DNA of 64,000 bases from Azolla caroliniana (lineage: Eukaryota; Plantae; Polypodiophyta). Positions within the stretch are counted from its first letter, which is position 1, and each line of letters starts with the position of its first letter. The DNA is taken from the NCBI GenBank assembly GCA_043228905.1, contig JBHGNT010000011.1, positions 20,894,001 through 20,958,000 on the forward strand. The letters run 5' to 3'. The position numbers and the translations under genes were made by a program. The notes under the pieces are model-generated. The model saw only the letters and a list, made by a program, of their open reading frames with translations, did no database searches and had not been told where the DNA came from. Shown one piece after another: positions 40,311 to 54,057 of the stretch.

Positions 40311-41617
40311 CTTGAGCAAACTCATGTTTGTATATAGGAACATTACAATTTGCAACATGTAAGGCTCCAATACTCAAAATGATATTTGCACTCTACAAAA
40401 CTCTTTGTTAGCACATCCAAATGTTTTATAGTAATGTAATAGCTCAATATGGCATATCCAAAAACAATGTTGATATGAGGTAGTTTTAGCACAAATTATT
40501 TTCTCGTTTTTGTATTACATACAATATCCCAAAAGTAGAGTGTAGACTTTCTTATTTTTAATATTTGGATCATACGCTAAATTTGCCACAATGTGCTAGC
40601 ATTACGTGGAAATGTCAGTCGTGCGCATTTTTCTAATGCAGTGAATTTAAGTTTAAAGAATCTAGGCTACTAAAATTGGAGGTGCTCCTTTCTCGCATCA
40701 AGAAGATTTAGAGAATGTGTGACATGGATAACATTTTATATTGTAACTATTGGTTTGATAGTTTTTTATCATCAAAACAATATGATCCACTTTGTTCTTA
40801 ACGTTGCCTAAGTTTGAAGGTTAGCATAATCTAATCATAGGATAACATGTATACCCTCAAATTTCAATATCTCATTTATAACCTAACAATAACAACTGTC
40901 GGTACACACATGTCCTCAATTTAACAAATTAAAAGCATGTGATATATATATTAATGAATGCTCAGTTGGTTCAATTATGAATTTTTAATTGTATATTATA
41001 TCAATAAACTAAAAATATTAAAACAACTATTTTTAGTAAGTGAAGTATTTCTCCCTATCCATTATAAAGGGGATAATAATCTTGCATTGGTTGCATGAGT
41101 GTTGTGGATTCATACCTATCAGAATAATCATTCCCAAATAGATAAAAATGTTTTGAAAACATAAGCAATTTGAGAATGGAGATTTGCTATGAAAGTAATA
41201 TCCCTCTACTCAAGTCTTTCTTATCATAGGCTTATTATATAATTGATATCCAAATAATGTCACCTTGAACCAGGGCAATTCTCCTAATGAGCTATTATTC
41301 TAAACCTACGTAGAAGGGATTTATATCTGAACTACCAATGTTAAGTGAGGGACAATGAAGGGTAGGCCAGATGCTAACCATGATTGTTCAATTTCACACA
41401 ACAAATATAGCACGTCACCATGTGTGGGGAGTCATGTTTGGTTGCTTGCCTATACTATGATAAGCATTGCACTCCACCAAGCTAGTTATAACCACGAGGT
41501 AAGAGGAGTGTGTTTCATGTGTGTTTACTAAACCAAGTGAAATGTCCCCAATAACCGGATAGAAGGGGAAAAATTGTCTGTGTTGGCGCCACATTTTAGA
41601 TTGGTGGTTTGTTGTTT

Positions 41618-44600
41618 GTTGTTTTTTTTTTTTTCCCAAAAAAAAACTCCTTCCATTAGTTATAAAATTTTACAAATGAGACGATTACGTACAAATCCCT
41701 AAAGGGACGCGATAGTTCCATCTAATGTGGAAGCCCACTGACTCAAGAAAGGGAGACCATTGTTGGATGAAGGCTATGCGTTGTCTTTCAACTCCCTCGG
41801 AGCCACCTTTAAGGCCATCATATTGGCTCTTCAGAGTGGCTACAATTTCACTCCATATCTCTTGCAGTAACCTTGTTGGATGGGTGGTTTGGTTGGAGAA
41901 GACTCGCCTACATCGTTGTTTCCATAGAATCCAAAGGGTTATTGGGCTGACCAATTCCAACACCTCTTGAGATTTGTCATTAAGAGGAATAGAGTGGACA
42001 TTGCGGAGAAAAGGACCTCTTGTGCTTTTATCACCAAAGTCATCCCCTCCTCCTGATGCTCGTATCGGCCAATTGCAGCCTGCCATGATAGCCAACATAT
42101 ATTTCCCCACTTGATTGAACCTTGCACCTAGCATAATTGCAACAAGCGGCCAACCCCCCGCCATATTCTATGGGACGTTGGGCAGTCCCACAAAGCGTGT
42201 CGTATGGATTCTACTGCAGGTGGGCACTCTACACAATTAGGAGAGCTAAGGTTCCCACGTTGCCATGCTCCCACCGGTAGGGACTTATGTATTAACAGCC
42301 ATTGGAAAGTGGTAATTCGCCTCGCGTGTTGTTGCTTCCAGATTTTCTGCCAAAACTTGGTGATTATTGCGGAGGGAACTTGAAATGTGTGCCAGACCTT
42401 CGCAACAGCCAGTTCTCGGGCGGCTTGAGCAGCTAGAATGTGGCGACCCAATCTAGTTGTGAATTGGAAGAAAGGGATGGGTTTGCTTCCTTGCCCCGCG
42501 TAGGGATCACGCCATGTCCATTGCAAAGGGTCCCAACTGACCTTACGTAGCCATGTGTTTTCATGAGTACATATATGCCAATCGGGTTGTACTTTGATCG
42601 GATCAGGATCTACAATCCATTTATGACCAGTGTACGCGAGTACTCGAATGGCATTATTCTGTGTGGGTGTCTCAATGTCTCGCAATTCATGGCCTTTGAG
42701 CCTGTCTGGTGATCCCCTACCTCTCGGGATCAGAGAGCCCTCCTCCTCGTGGCCTATCCATTTCTCCATTGTCGTCCTTTGAGTAGCAGATTCCCTAATC
42801 AGTAGCGCGTTAATGATTTCCGATCTCATATTCCATCCGCCCCTGATTCCATGGAGTATGTTCGCTTGATCTTGTAGTGGCATTGACATAAACCGTCGCC
42901 AACATTCTATACTTTTGCCTGGACCTTCTGCAATGTATCCCCATGACAACCCCTTACGTGATCCTAATAGTTGATTAGATTCATCCTTGAGACATGGGTT
43001 CCATAGGATACGTTGACTGAGCCAGGCAGGTTTGGATCTCGGTTGATCACACTGGAGCCCTCAACGAATGTCACACCATGCCTTCCACATGGATGCACTG
43101 AATCTGTCCTCCAAATGGCGGGAGAAACTAGGTTTGAGATCCATGTTTAGAATCCATCCCGTTTGGGGGGCCCAATTGACCCCTTTTCGTAGCCTAAAGT
43201 AAGCGAAACGTAACCTCAGTAGCATTTTCCAACAATCATTTCCTGGTTGGAGTCCTCGCACCACAAATTTGGCAAGTAAGGCTTTTGATTGTGAAAGGGA
43301 ATCAATAAGATCCAATCCCCCTCTCGACTTAGGCGTTGTGAGTATAGGCCACGCCACCTTGGCGCGAGCTACATGGTCTTCCTTACCAGACCAAATGTAG
43401 TTGAGGACCAGTCGTTGAATTTGATGTATACTTTCCTTGGAGATTGTCTAGCATGATAGACTGTACCATGCTGTTGCGAGGAGTACCTGATTTGCCACTA
43501 TGATGCGACCTGCTAGCGACAATTTTTTAGAGCTCCAATGTATCAACTTTTGTCGAATGAAAAGGATAACGGGTGCAATCATAGTCTCCAACGGTATGTT
43601 GAAGCCAATTTGGAAGCCCAAATATTTGGTGCTCACTCCTTGATTGATCCACTTGAAAGCAGGGTGTGGGTGCCACGCCGGATGTGTTTCCTGAGAGAGC
43701 CATATTGCACAGGATTTGTGCCAATTGATCATGGCGTTGGATCGCTTGCAAAATAAAACTAGTGCACTTTCTAGCTTTTGGAGGTTTTCCAGGTCCCCTT
43801 GCAGGTAGACTGTTGTGTCATCTGCAAATTCTATATCCAGGATGCTTTGGTAAGAATGAGGTATGGGAAGACCACGTAGTTTGAGATGCCGCGAGTTGAG
43901 AAAGCAAGAGAGTGCTTCGGCGTATAATAGAAATAAGGATGGAGCTAGTGGGCATCCCTACCGTACAGAGCGGGATATTTGGAAAAAGGGGCCCCTTTCA
44001 CCTGCCAGCGAAACGCAACTGCTGCCATTCCTATAAAATCCTGCAATGCCTTTGATCCATGTCTCTTGAAAGCCGAGTTTCCTCATCACACTTTCTAGAA
44101 AGTTCCAGCATACCCTCTCATAGGCTTTCTCAAAATCTAGTAGCACCACCGCTACCTTCTTGTTGGTTTGCTTGGCAAGGGCTACTGCTTCCCAAAATGA
44201 GAAGAGGTTGTCGAGGATGCTCCGATTTCTAATGAAACCTGTCTATGACAGATGAATGAGTTGAGGGAGAAGTGGAGTTAAACGGCGTGCCACAATTTTT
44301 GCGAGCAACTTATAGACAGTATTGAGAAGAGTAATGGGCCGCCACTTGTGAATGTCATTGGCATTCCCACCACTTTTAGGAATGAGATGTATCATCCCCT
44401 GTCCAAATTCCTTCGACATGCTTCTAGAGGTGATGATCTCCTCATATGCCTGGAGGAGTTCTTCTTTAATAGTGCCCCAAAGGCATGTGAAAAAGTGCGG
44501 GGTGAGACCGTTAATTCCGGGGCAGCTCTCGGCATCTAAATCAGTGAGGGCCTCCCATATCTCAATGATTGATAGGGGACGCACAAGCCAGGTATTCATT

Positions 44601-46993
44601 TCCGGTGTGACTTTCTCGGGTATGCTTTGGAGGATAATATCATCGCTTATGTCTTCCCATGTAGCTATCATGTCTTCGGTAAGTAGGCGGCTATAATACC
44701 TTGTGGCAATATTCCTCATTTCGTCGCCATCCTCAGTGGTCGTTCTATCCTCCCGGTTGAGGCTGCGCATCATAGTTCTAGCATGCCTCGGGCCTTTGGA
44801 GCGGAAGAATTCCTTTGTGGTTTTGTCCCCTACTCGAATCCATCGCACCATGTTGCCATGAAACTCCATGTCATATATTGCCTTTTTTGCCATGCTAAGT
44901 TCTTGTTTGGCCGTGGCGACTTGTCCCGCGATCCAACTACAGGATGGGTATCTCTGTTGGAGTCGTTGTAAGGCTATTAGTCCCCGTTTTGTCCTCTGTC
45001 GCTTCTCCTGAGCATCATTGCGTCTGGTCTTGACAATCTCATGTAGGAGAGTAGAGGCTCTTGTTAATTTAGCTAAAAGTTTGTCCGATGCTGATGAGCC
45101 ATTGACGGGTAATGACCATTGGTTGGATAGTTGGTCCTTCACGTCTATAAGTGTGTAAATAGTGTGTGGGATGTGAGTCTGGAATGGGCCCCATTTTCGG
45201 TGCAATTGAAAATGACCAGCTACCGGGTAATGGTCAGAGAAAGTCGTGCCTGGAGTTATGCGACACCACCCTCCCTTCGTTTCTAAAGCCTCCCCCACAT
45301 AAATGCGGTCAATGCGAGATAGGGTGGGTCCACTATTCCGCCCGTCTGATCAGGAGAATAGGAGAGAGTCCCTTTTCCGTTGGAAGTTGGCAAAATGCCA
45401 GATGTCTCGCAGGTTAAGGTGGACACATAGCTTCTCCCATTGTTTGCGTTCCCTTCCTTGTAGAACTATGGGGTTGTTGTTGGAGCTATCATGAATGGAT
45501 TCGATCATATTAAAATCCCCTCCAATGCACCACTCTTCCGCATCCACTACTTGTAGGCGGATGCGGTCCCAGAATGTTGCTCTTTCTATTCTGTTATTTG
45601 GAGCATAAACATTCATGAAGTTCCATCGTTGCCCTGATAGTCCATCGTGGCTATATTTGTAAATAGCCGAAAAGTCATATTAGTATAAATACGACTTAGG
45701 GCAAACTTTTATCTGTTGTTGTTGTCATTCTTGTTTTGCATGAGATTAGAGCGCACAACAGTGTACAGAGAGAGAGAGAGAGAGAAAGAGGTCGTTGCCT
45801 CTGTTGTAACCGCCGCCTGTGGCGAAGATCGTGAGCACGAGGTCGTTGCCTCCGTGAACTCACTGTTGTACATTCTAACATAGCGATAGTTTGCAACCTG
45901 TGGGATGCCGTGGTTTTTTCCCTAGTTTGGGGTTTTCCACGTTAAACATCCCGTGTACTCTTTTCTCCATTCTGTCGTGTATTTATCTCCCGTTTTCTGT
46001 GTATGATTCTAAGCTCGGTTGTGGCCGAGTGTTGTGTATAAGGAGCGTTTTTTGTTCCCGTCATAATCTTCATACTCATGGAATGGGGTGGGAGGTTGCC
46101 AGTTGTGCCTGGTGCTTTGTACAATAGGTCGTGAGTGGGGAGCACTCACCATTTAGACATCCAGTCATTTCCAGGGATGGAATAGTGGTCCACATCCATG
46201 AGTGGAGTTTGTGGGCTATCTTGTGGGCTTCAATTGCCCCTTCATGCTTCTCATAGAAATAGACAAAGCTTGGAGTTAGTTGGGTGTTTATGATAGTCCG
46301 CAGGTGGATGTGGCAAAGATGGGGGTCCTCTTCATCCATGGTGCACCAGAATTCAGTGTTATACCAATGTTGCTTTAGTTCATTCATGAGCTCTTCATCT
46401 CTTATTTGTGCTACAAAGCACGCTGCTTGGCTACATAACATATCTTTAACCTTGGATTTCGACCAATCTTCCTGAGTCGGAAGCAAGAGTGGAAAGGAGA
46501 TTGAGGTAGTCGAAACTCCGTTATTGTGCACCGCTAATACATGTACCCTTATTTTTTCCACTGTCTTGAGCCCTATACCTAGCCATTTCAAGGCGCTTTG
46601 TGGGTGTGGTTCAAGGTCTTGGCTAGATGAAGCACACTCATTTGTGTCCGGGACGACTATGATTTGAGGCGTGACATTCACACTTCTGTCTTGGGTTGTT
46701 GCTTCTGCATTGGGTGTCATTCCACTCAAGCTCCTTATTAGGGTCTTTACATGACTTATTCGTCTGCGTTTCCCTGTTTTGTAAGCTTTAACGAGAACTT
46801 TCTCTTGGGTGCTTGGTGTCACCTTAGGTCGTTCCTTGGGGCTTACGAAAGAACTAGGGGAATGCTCATCTGTAGGGGGGAGCTCTTGTAGTAGATCAAA
46901 GCGATTGGGGCTCATAGGCGATGGAGGATTTTGTGCCGGTGATGTTTTTCGAAGGACATGGGTTTTTTCCACCACTCGCCATTCCATCACAGC
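41618..46993 (-). mobile_element. 5'-truncated L1-type LINE (partial ORF1; ORF2 EN-RT-zf-RVT with stops)
   Basis: Poly(A) at 41622-41634(-); 14-bp TSD gtggtttgttgttt at 41604-41617 and 46994-47007; NVYAPN, IGGDFN, SDHYP, WRPITLLN, LDFEKAY, FADD, KYLG, CVECP..ESIRHALWDC. ORF1 stop overlaps ORF2 start MSMKI at ~46065-46079. Confidence 0.93.
45635..46063 (+). mobile_element. 5'-deleted solo LTR of the same family as 30467-31226, inside the LINE endonuclease
   Basis: Homologous in opposite orientation to 30467-30903; ends ttcccgtca; lacks the 54-bp repeat part and a TSD. Confidence 0.88.
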
Positions 46994-47138
46994 GTGGTTT
47001 GTTGTTTTCATTGCTCATTTCTTTTAAATGCATTAATAAGCTCATTTTAGTGTCTTTCTTTAAATTTGAGATAGAATATGAACCACAAATTCCATACTTG
47101 TTCCCAAAGGTAGTGTCCCTGCATTACATGTAATGCTC

Positions 47139-47394
47139 TTGTTCGGGAAAAATATTATTTTACTAAAGAAAAGGGAAGTCTTAGTATTCCACCATCTACA
47201 TTGAGATCTCCCGGAAAAAGTACAACCGTATTGGATTATGTCTCTTTTTGCTGGCATATACTCTTGTATTATTGTTGTTCGGGAAAAATATTATTTTACT
47301 AAAGAAAAGGGAAGTCTCGGTATTCCACCATCTACATTGAGATCTCCCGGAAAAAGTACAACCATATTGGATTATGTCTCTTTTTGTTGGCATA
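47139..47394. repeat. 136-bp tandem duplication
   Basis: ttgttcgggaaaaatattattttactaaag...tggcata at 47139 and 47275; duplicated ORF text MP(A/T)KRDIIQYG. Confidence 0.92.
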
Positions 47395-48299
47395 GAGTAT
47401 TTTGGGAAACTCTTTCTTTAAATGGCGTACACAATTTTTTGCAAAAATGGTAGGCAAAGGACATGAAATTGCTAACTTCAGTGTTTGTCAATGCATGTAG
47501 CAATTGGCTGATACATTCAACATAACATTATAGTGTCAAAGGAGCATATAAACCAACATTTCTATTTACGTTGCGATTTAGTTTTACTATCCACTTAGCT
47601 TAACTTTGGTATATTTATTTTGCACTTTAATGTTTTATTAGTTAACATGATTATGTTTATATGACTACTCATGTGCACCTAGCTACAATGGTTGGTGGGA
47701 TTGACAAGATCCTATACTTTGCTTGAAGGTTGTGTTGAAGAGATTGACTTAGCTTGACGTTCACTTCCCAATTCAAAAAGGTTATTCTAACGTTCAAACT
47801 TGATTCTACTATGGAATATCTTCAAGTTAACTTTTGAGACTTTTTTTAAAGGAGGTACAATGATATTATATTAGAAAACGAGTAGTATATATTTGTGCCA
47901 AGCTTGATAAAAGTACCATGCTTACACGCTCCCTCTGTGGACAACGACTTAATGAATCTATGAGATTGAGATCCCAATCAAGGTAAGAAACTTCATATTG
48001 CATCAAAAGGTATCAACTAATAATATGTTGAGCTAAGCAATGACCTCTTTCTCAACAAGAAACATATATTGCCAAGTCTCCTTCGTCTATTTGCATGTAT
48101 TTTTCATATTATGCTTCACTCCCTCAAGTCATGCAACATCATTGCCTCCCCTACTAGAAATAAACTTACCCGCGTTCTTCTTATTCTTCATTTAAAAAGA
48201 AAGATGCACCTTAGTATATTACTTGAGAATTGTACAAAGAGAAAACAGAAGGAGACATTTCATCTCACTTCTATTGTGATACTAGACCTCATACAACGT

Positions 48300-48590
48300 T
48301 TTTAAAAAAAAAACAAAATATCCTTCCATTAGTTTAAAAAAAGGCATATTAGCCATGGCCCACAACATACAAAATGAAGCGACTATCCTTTCCAAGCCCG
48401 TCTTGTGTAAGACAATGGCTAACCACGGAACCTTCATTTAAATGAGTTAAGGAAATGGTTGTATATACATCCAAAGTAGAGGAAAACACCAACAAATGGG
48501 GAGAAAACTTCCAGATTATCCTGCAATCTGTCAATCGAAAGATTGGAATGCAACTCCAAAGCTTTTGAAAAGTTCTAAACACCGTGTTCT
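48300..48590 (-). mobile_element. Short 5'-truncated LINE 3' end
   Basis: ORF 48349..48582 FQKLW..IIWKFSP resembles the LINE ORF2 end FIQQW..IRWNYRVP; shares the ctaatggaagga tail motif with the LINE at ~41650. Confidence 0.65.
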
Positions 48591-49791
48591 ATAAAGACCT
48601 CATACAACTTCTATATTTCTATCATGACTTGGATTCGCATATATGTATGTGTTTGTATAAAGGCTCCCTTCCACGAAAAGGATGTATTCTGTCAAAATGC
48701 ACATTACGTTGAATAGTAATCTAATAGCCTTTTGGGTAGGTGAGAAATAGAAAAGAGTTTCAACCTCCATCCCCACATATACATTTTCTTAGCCTTGTCC
48801 CTTCGTACTAGTCTATGGTCTATTGCTCAAAATGAAGAATGCGAGTAGAGAACTTTTGGAACACACTAAAGTGTTTGAATTTATAATCTCATTGATGCGT
48901 AGACCAACTAGCAGTTCGAATCTCATTAAGCATAAGATAGGCTACTAAGAAAGCATACACATAGGATTTTGTTGAGCTTTCTATGGTCCACCATCTATAG
49001 GTTTTAATGGACAAGTGATCTTTGACCTCAATACAAAATGGGATATCTTCTCTCCCATTGTTGCATACCACATGTTGGTTTCTTATTCTTAACACATAAC
49101 TAGCTTTGAATTTAGGAGGTTGAATGATGGGTGAGTTCATCCCTACAACTAGCCGGTTACGAGTCGGTTCGGGATTTTTTATGGATGAGACCATGTTGCC
49201 TTTTCAAGATCAGAACATTGCAACTACATAAATGTCTCCAAGTTTGGAGACTTATACAATTAAGTCCAAAAGCTAGCTCATCCTACCTTGTTCAACATGT
49301 GTATTTTTAGATAGATCATTGTAGAAACCAATACTCCTTTGCCTTTAATGTACATTGAAACGAGTGTATGCCATCTATATGAATTTCAGGCTTAGCACAT
49401 ATGCTTGACAAGACATTATCATTGATCTACAAGAAACAATTTCCTTTTTGTGAACAATTAGCATCGTTAGAGGAGTGTTTTGGGAACTATTATGGCATTT
49501 GATGTTGAATTAATTCAGCCAATAGTCACGAGGACTTGTCATAACTTTGAGAATATACTTAACAATTATTTTGAATATCAGCTCGTGGATATTAAAGATC
49601 TCTAGAAACTTGTGGATTTTGGGAGAAGTGTCAATATGTCATCTGTGGATTTGGGGAGTTTGAATTTATCAATGGTCACCCTTTCCCACATCGTAGGGTG
49701 GTTCATGAATTACATGGAAGAATAAACTATAACTTTTTATAGAGTAGTATATATATACATTTGTAGTTTTAATTATAAGTTATAACATGTG

Positions 49792-49925
49792 TTTTTTTTT
49801 TTGAACAAAATATCCTTCCATTAGTTTTAAAAAAAGGCATATCAGCTACAACCTACAAAATAGGTGGAAAGGAAGTGACTATCCTTCCCAACCCCATCTT
49901 GTGTAAGACAATGGCTAGCCATGGA
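49792..49925 (-). mobile_element. LINE 3'-UTR/poly(A) fragment (same subfamily as 48300-48430)
   Basis: catggctagccattgtcttacacaagatgg...aactaatggaaggatattttgttc-poly(A). Confidence 0.75.
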
Positions 49926-49929
49926 TCAC

Positions 49930-50370
49930 ATGATTACATTAATTGAGAGGTTGGATTTCAAGTAATCATCAAATGCCCTTGTTGGATGGCAAGATGTTAA
50001 GTTTGAGCATAGCTAGTACTTATGTTATTCCAATGTATATGTATACCCATTGCTTGCATATAACATTACACAACATATCTATATAAAGTGTCCCCCCCTT
50101 TTTTTGTTGAAATGGCATTGTCTGAAACATTGCAATGGCTTCATCAAGTTGCCAAGAACGAGCGAATAGGTTGATCACACAGTTGTAATGTTGTAGTGTT
50201 GGAGAGAGACCATAATTTTCCGTAGCTTTAAAGCGCCTCTCTCCGATGCTGACAAGACCTCCCTGACCGCAAACAGAAAGAACCTTAAGCAACATCACGC
50301 AATCTGGACCTATGCTTTGATTTGTGACCTCGTGAAAGAGATGAAACACTTCCTCACACGCTCTACATCG
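49930..50370 (-). pseudogene. PLS/E-class PPR gene fragment
   Basis: IGPDCVMLLKVLSVCGQGGLVSIG..YGLSPTLQHYNCVINLFARSWQLDEAIAMFQTMPFQ is a typical L2-S2/E1 PPR stretch. Confidence 0.8.
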
Positions 50371-52647
50371 TGCATGTTTTTTGTTCTATAACATGTTTTT
50401 AGAACTCCCGCCTACTTTGAGTACTTTAATGACAAGAAAACAACAAAAGGCACATAGTCAACAATTTGAACTTCAAAAATCTCTACAGTTTTATGTTTAT
50501 TTTGCATATATTTTCCCTCAACCAACTCTTAAGGTTTCTTTGAATGGGGGAGTCATTTATTCATTTTTAACATTGGAGTAAGAACTATATTTCAATTTTA
50601 GAATAGTAAAAACATATATATATATATATATATATATCCAAAAAAAACCTAATTCACATTAGTTACCAACCAAAATACAGCAAAGTTCGCCACTAAGATT
50701 CATAGAGACAACCTTAATAGAATCAATATCTATAACACGGAGACACAACTCCAAAACCAGCAAAAAAATAGCAAAACTCACACTGCTCTTCGTCCCACAA
50801 ATCTTGCAATAATCCCCAACCCTACCTATCCCACCAAACTCTTTTACAACAAAGTTATCCTAGTAATACAACTATGATAACTTACTTGTACCCCATCTAG
50901 ACATGCATATTTACAATGTATGGTATGAATAATAATTAAGCGTCAATGTCCATCCTTGTATGTTATTTTGGGAAATTAAGCTTCTTACGATGAGCATAAT
51001 ACCACGTGTCATTTGTCGACAAAGTGCAATGTGCGTAATGTTGCCTTTGTTTTTAGTATGTAAAAATACTCGAAGTAAATAAGGCAGGATATTGATCATA
51101 AACACACCAAGTTAATAATGATACCTTATCAATGCACACGTGTATAGGACAATGTTGTTTCACGACGATTATTTATGATACCATCAAACTATGGAACATG
51201 TGGTTCAAACTTCATATTGTTAGAAGATAATAGATATTGAACAATGCACACAATAATACTTAGGTTGCTCTCATAGTGTACTATAGAGCAAAAGGAAATA
51301 AATGTGTTTGTCCAAACATAAGTATTGTGTTCCAAAATCCCATTCAAAAGACAATACATGAAATATCATTTTATTCTTCTTTCTACCTTCAACCCAATTG
51401 TTTTTTTATTTAGGCGGTACGTTGGTGGAAATACCAAGGAAGCGTTTCCACTTTGTTTTGTGGCTCTATACATAAGACAAGGTAAAACTCAAACATACAT
51501 TAGAATATGTTGATTTTCTTTCGTACGGTTTCATTATGTTTCGTGCTACACCTTCAGACATCAGCTACCCCAACATTGATCATTCAAACGCACATTATGG
51601 TTGATTTTGTTAATTGAGCATTTAGTATTGTATTGGTTGCATCAAAGCATTATCACACGTGTCAATGCCGATGCTAGGTATTTTGCCCTCATTCCCTCCA
51701 TCACATAATAGATTCTTGTAGAAGAGGGTGAGATACTCCATTGGGCGTCACCCAAATTCAACAAACATGTTACCTCACATGGTTTGTGGTTTGTGGTAAT
51801 GCCCAATAAAGTTTGCCAACAACCATAAAGAGGATAGAGTATAAAACAATATTGACCTAGATTTTGCTTTGTTGATAAAAGAGACGAAGAAAAAGGGGAA
51901 TTAGTAGGAAAATAATCAAATAATTAAAGGGAGTGATTTAAACTAACAATTATCCTAAGATTTGTTCTTTAGTATTCTAAAATGGAATGCTAAGTGGCAT
52001 AATATGGCAACCTCACAAAAAAATAGTGTAAAACCAACACATAATACATAATAATTTACTTTCCCAATGTAATTGACTCCAACGTTAAATGTTTAAGCAT
52101 TTACGATATGACCAATGCTTCAACTTGAATTATCGTTACTCCCAAGACACTACTCATTTGACATTTCAAATTTTCATCCAAGAGTGTCACGATGACCCAC
52201 ATGGGCGCTCCTATTATAAGAAAAAAAAGTTTATGTGAATGATATAATTATAATGTCCCTCATTTAACAAAAACCACATGACCATCGAACATTGACCAAA
52301 TTGGCCTTATCGCCTTGGCCTTGATATTTGTAACGTAACGTCTATAATTAGTCCAAATAAAGAGCTTTGTCCCAAATATGTGAAAATGATGTTGAACTCC
52401 CAATTCCACAAATGTCTCATCAACATAGAAAAACATGGTCTGAAGTGGAATTATGTCATACCTTCTTTTATTTTGCATAGTTGATGGTTATTGTTCTACT
52501 TGTTTCATAAATGACATTAGTTTGATCAAATGCTTATACTAGCCTTTGTATCACAATAGAAGTGAAATGTTGCCATGCAAATTGGATTGTAACATATGAG
52601 TTGTATATTATCCTATGTACTTTTTCTTAACTAGTGGAAGTAGTAAT

Positions 52648-53163
52648 TAACAATCGGCAACGGTTCGGTTCGGTTCGAGAGGGTCCAAACCGAACCATTT
52701 AAAATTTTAGAAACCTGAACCAAACCAAACCAAACCGCGAAAAAGTTAAACTGAACCGTTAAACATTTTTCAAACCGTTAAACCGTAAAAACCGTGGTTT
52801 CGTGGTTCGGTTTCAGTTTTCAACATAGGTTAAATTTTTAATTTTTAATTTTTTTAAATTTATAATATTTCATTATTTAGAATTTTTAAAAATTTTAAGA
52901 TATTCCTAAAATGTGAGAATAAGGTGTAAAAATGAAAACATTGTTTAAAAACAAATTTTAAATTTTTTTAGAATTTTGTAAAAAAAATTAAAAATTAAAA
53001 ACCATTTAAACCACGGTTTTTGATTGTTGAAACCAAATTGAAACTGAACTGAACCGTTAAAAAAAACTAAATCTGAATTGAACCGAACAATTGAAACCGT
53101 TAAGCCGTTAAACCACTGTTTCGCGGTTCGGTTCGGTTCAAATAGAACTGTTGCCGATTGTTA
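52648..53163. mobile_element. hAT-family MITE (516 bp)
   Basis: 19-bp TIR TAACAATCGGCAACGGTTC / GAACTGTTGCCGATTGTTA (1 mismatch); 8-bp TSD GTAGTAAT; many subterminal AACCG motifs; AT-rich centre. Confidence 0.92.
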
Positions 53164-53485
53164 GTAGTAATTTTTTTGGAAAAAAAACAAACAAACAATA
53201 GAAGTTAGGTGAAATGTCTCTTTCTGTTTTCTCTATGTATAGTTTTCAAGTAATATACTAAGGTGCATCTTTCTTTAAATTTTAAACAATAAAACCATAG
53301 AAAAAAATGTCTCTTTGGGTTCTAATTACGGTCGTCGAATACATTTTGCTAATGTAGGAGCTTGGTGGACACCCATATGAGATAGAGAAAAAAGTAGTCA
53401 TGAATCATATACTAACTTAAGTTCAACTATATATTCACTGATGAGCACCATGTCTAGAGAGGGGCTCCACCACATAACATTTATA

Positions 53486-54057
53486 TTATACATGGACTTT
53501 GTGTTAGAGACATATACTAATGTAAGCATTAGATAAGGATAGAAAATAGATAAATAGATAGAAAGGAGAGAGAGAAAGAAGGGTGTCGATCCACCCGACC
53601 ACCCTTAAGCAAAGGGATCGAAACAAACTCGAGCCTCAATCGGCGTCCCATACCACCATCGTAGCGTCGAGTCGTACCTGGTGCTGGCGCGCTCGCTACA
53701 AGAGTTGACCCACCACAAGATAGAGTCTCGACGTAGTCAACCAGATAATGAAATGAGGGTAGCTAGGCCTCTTATACATGGACTTTGTGTTAGAGACATA
53801 GACTAATGTAAGCATTAGATAAGGATAGAAAATAGATAAATAGATAGAAAGGAGAGAGAGAAAGAAGGGTGCCGATCCACCCGACCACCCCTAAGCGAAG
53901 GGATCGAGACGGACTCGAGCCTCAATCGGCGTCCCATACCACCGCCGTAGCGTCGAGTCGTACCTGGTGTTGGCGCGCTCGCAACAAGAGTTGACCCACC
54001 ACAAAATAGAGTCTTGACGTAGTCAACCAGATAATGAAATGAGGGTAGCTAGGCCTC
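53486..54057. repeat. 286-bp tandem duplication of an LTR-like fragment plus flank
   Basis: ttatacatggactttgtgttagagac...gtagctaggcctc at 53486 and 53772; followed by ctataaat on the minus strand. Confidence 0.9.

Noticed and set aside
46994-47011. Start codon of LINE ORF1 (MKTTNH)
   Set aside because: These codons lie in the TSD and flank; the LINE is 5'-truncated, so this start is fortuitous.
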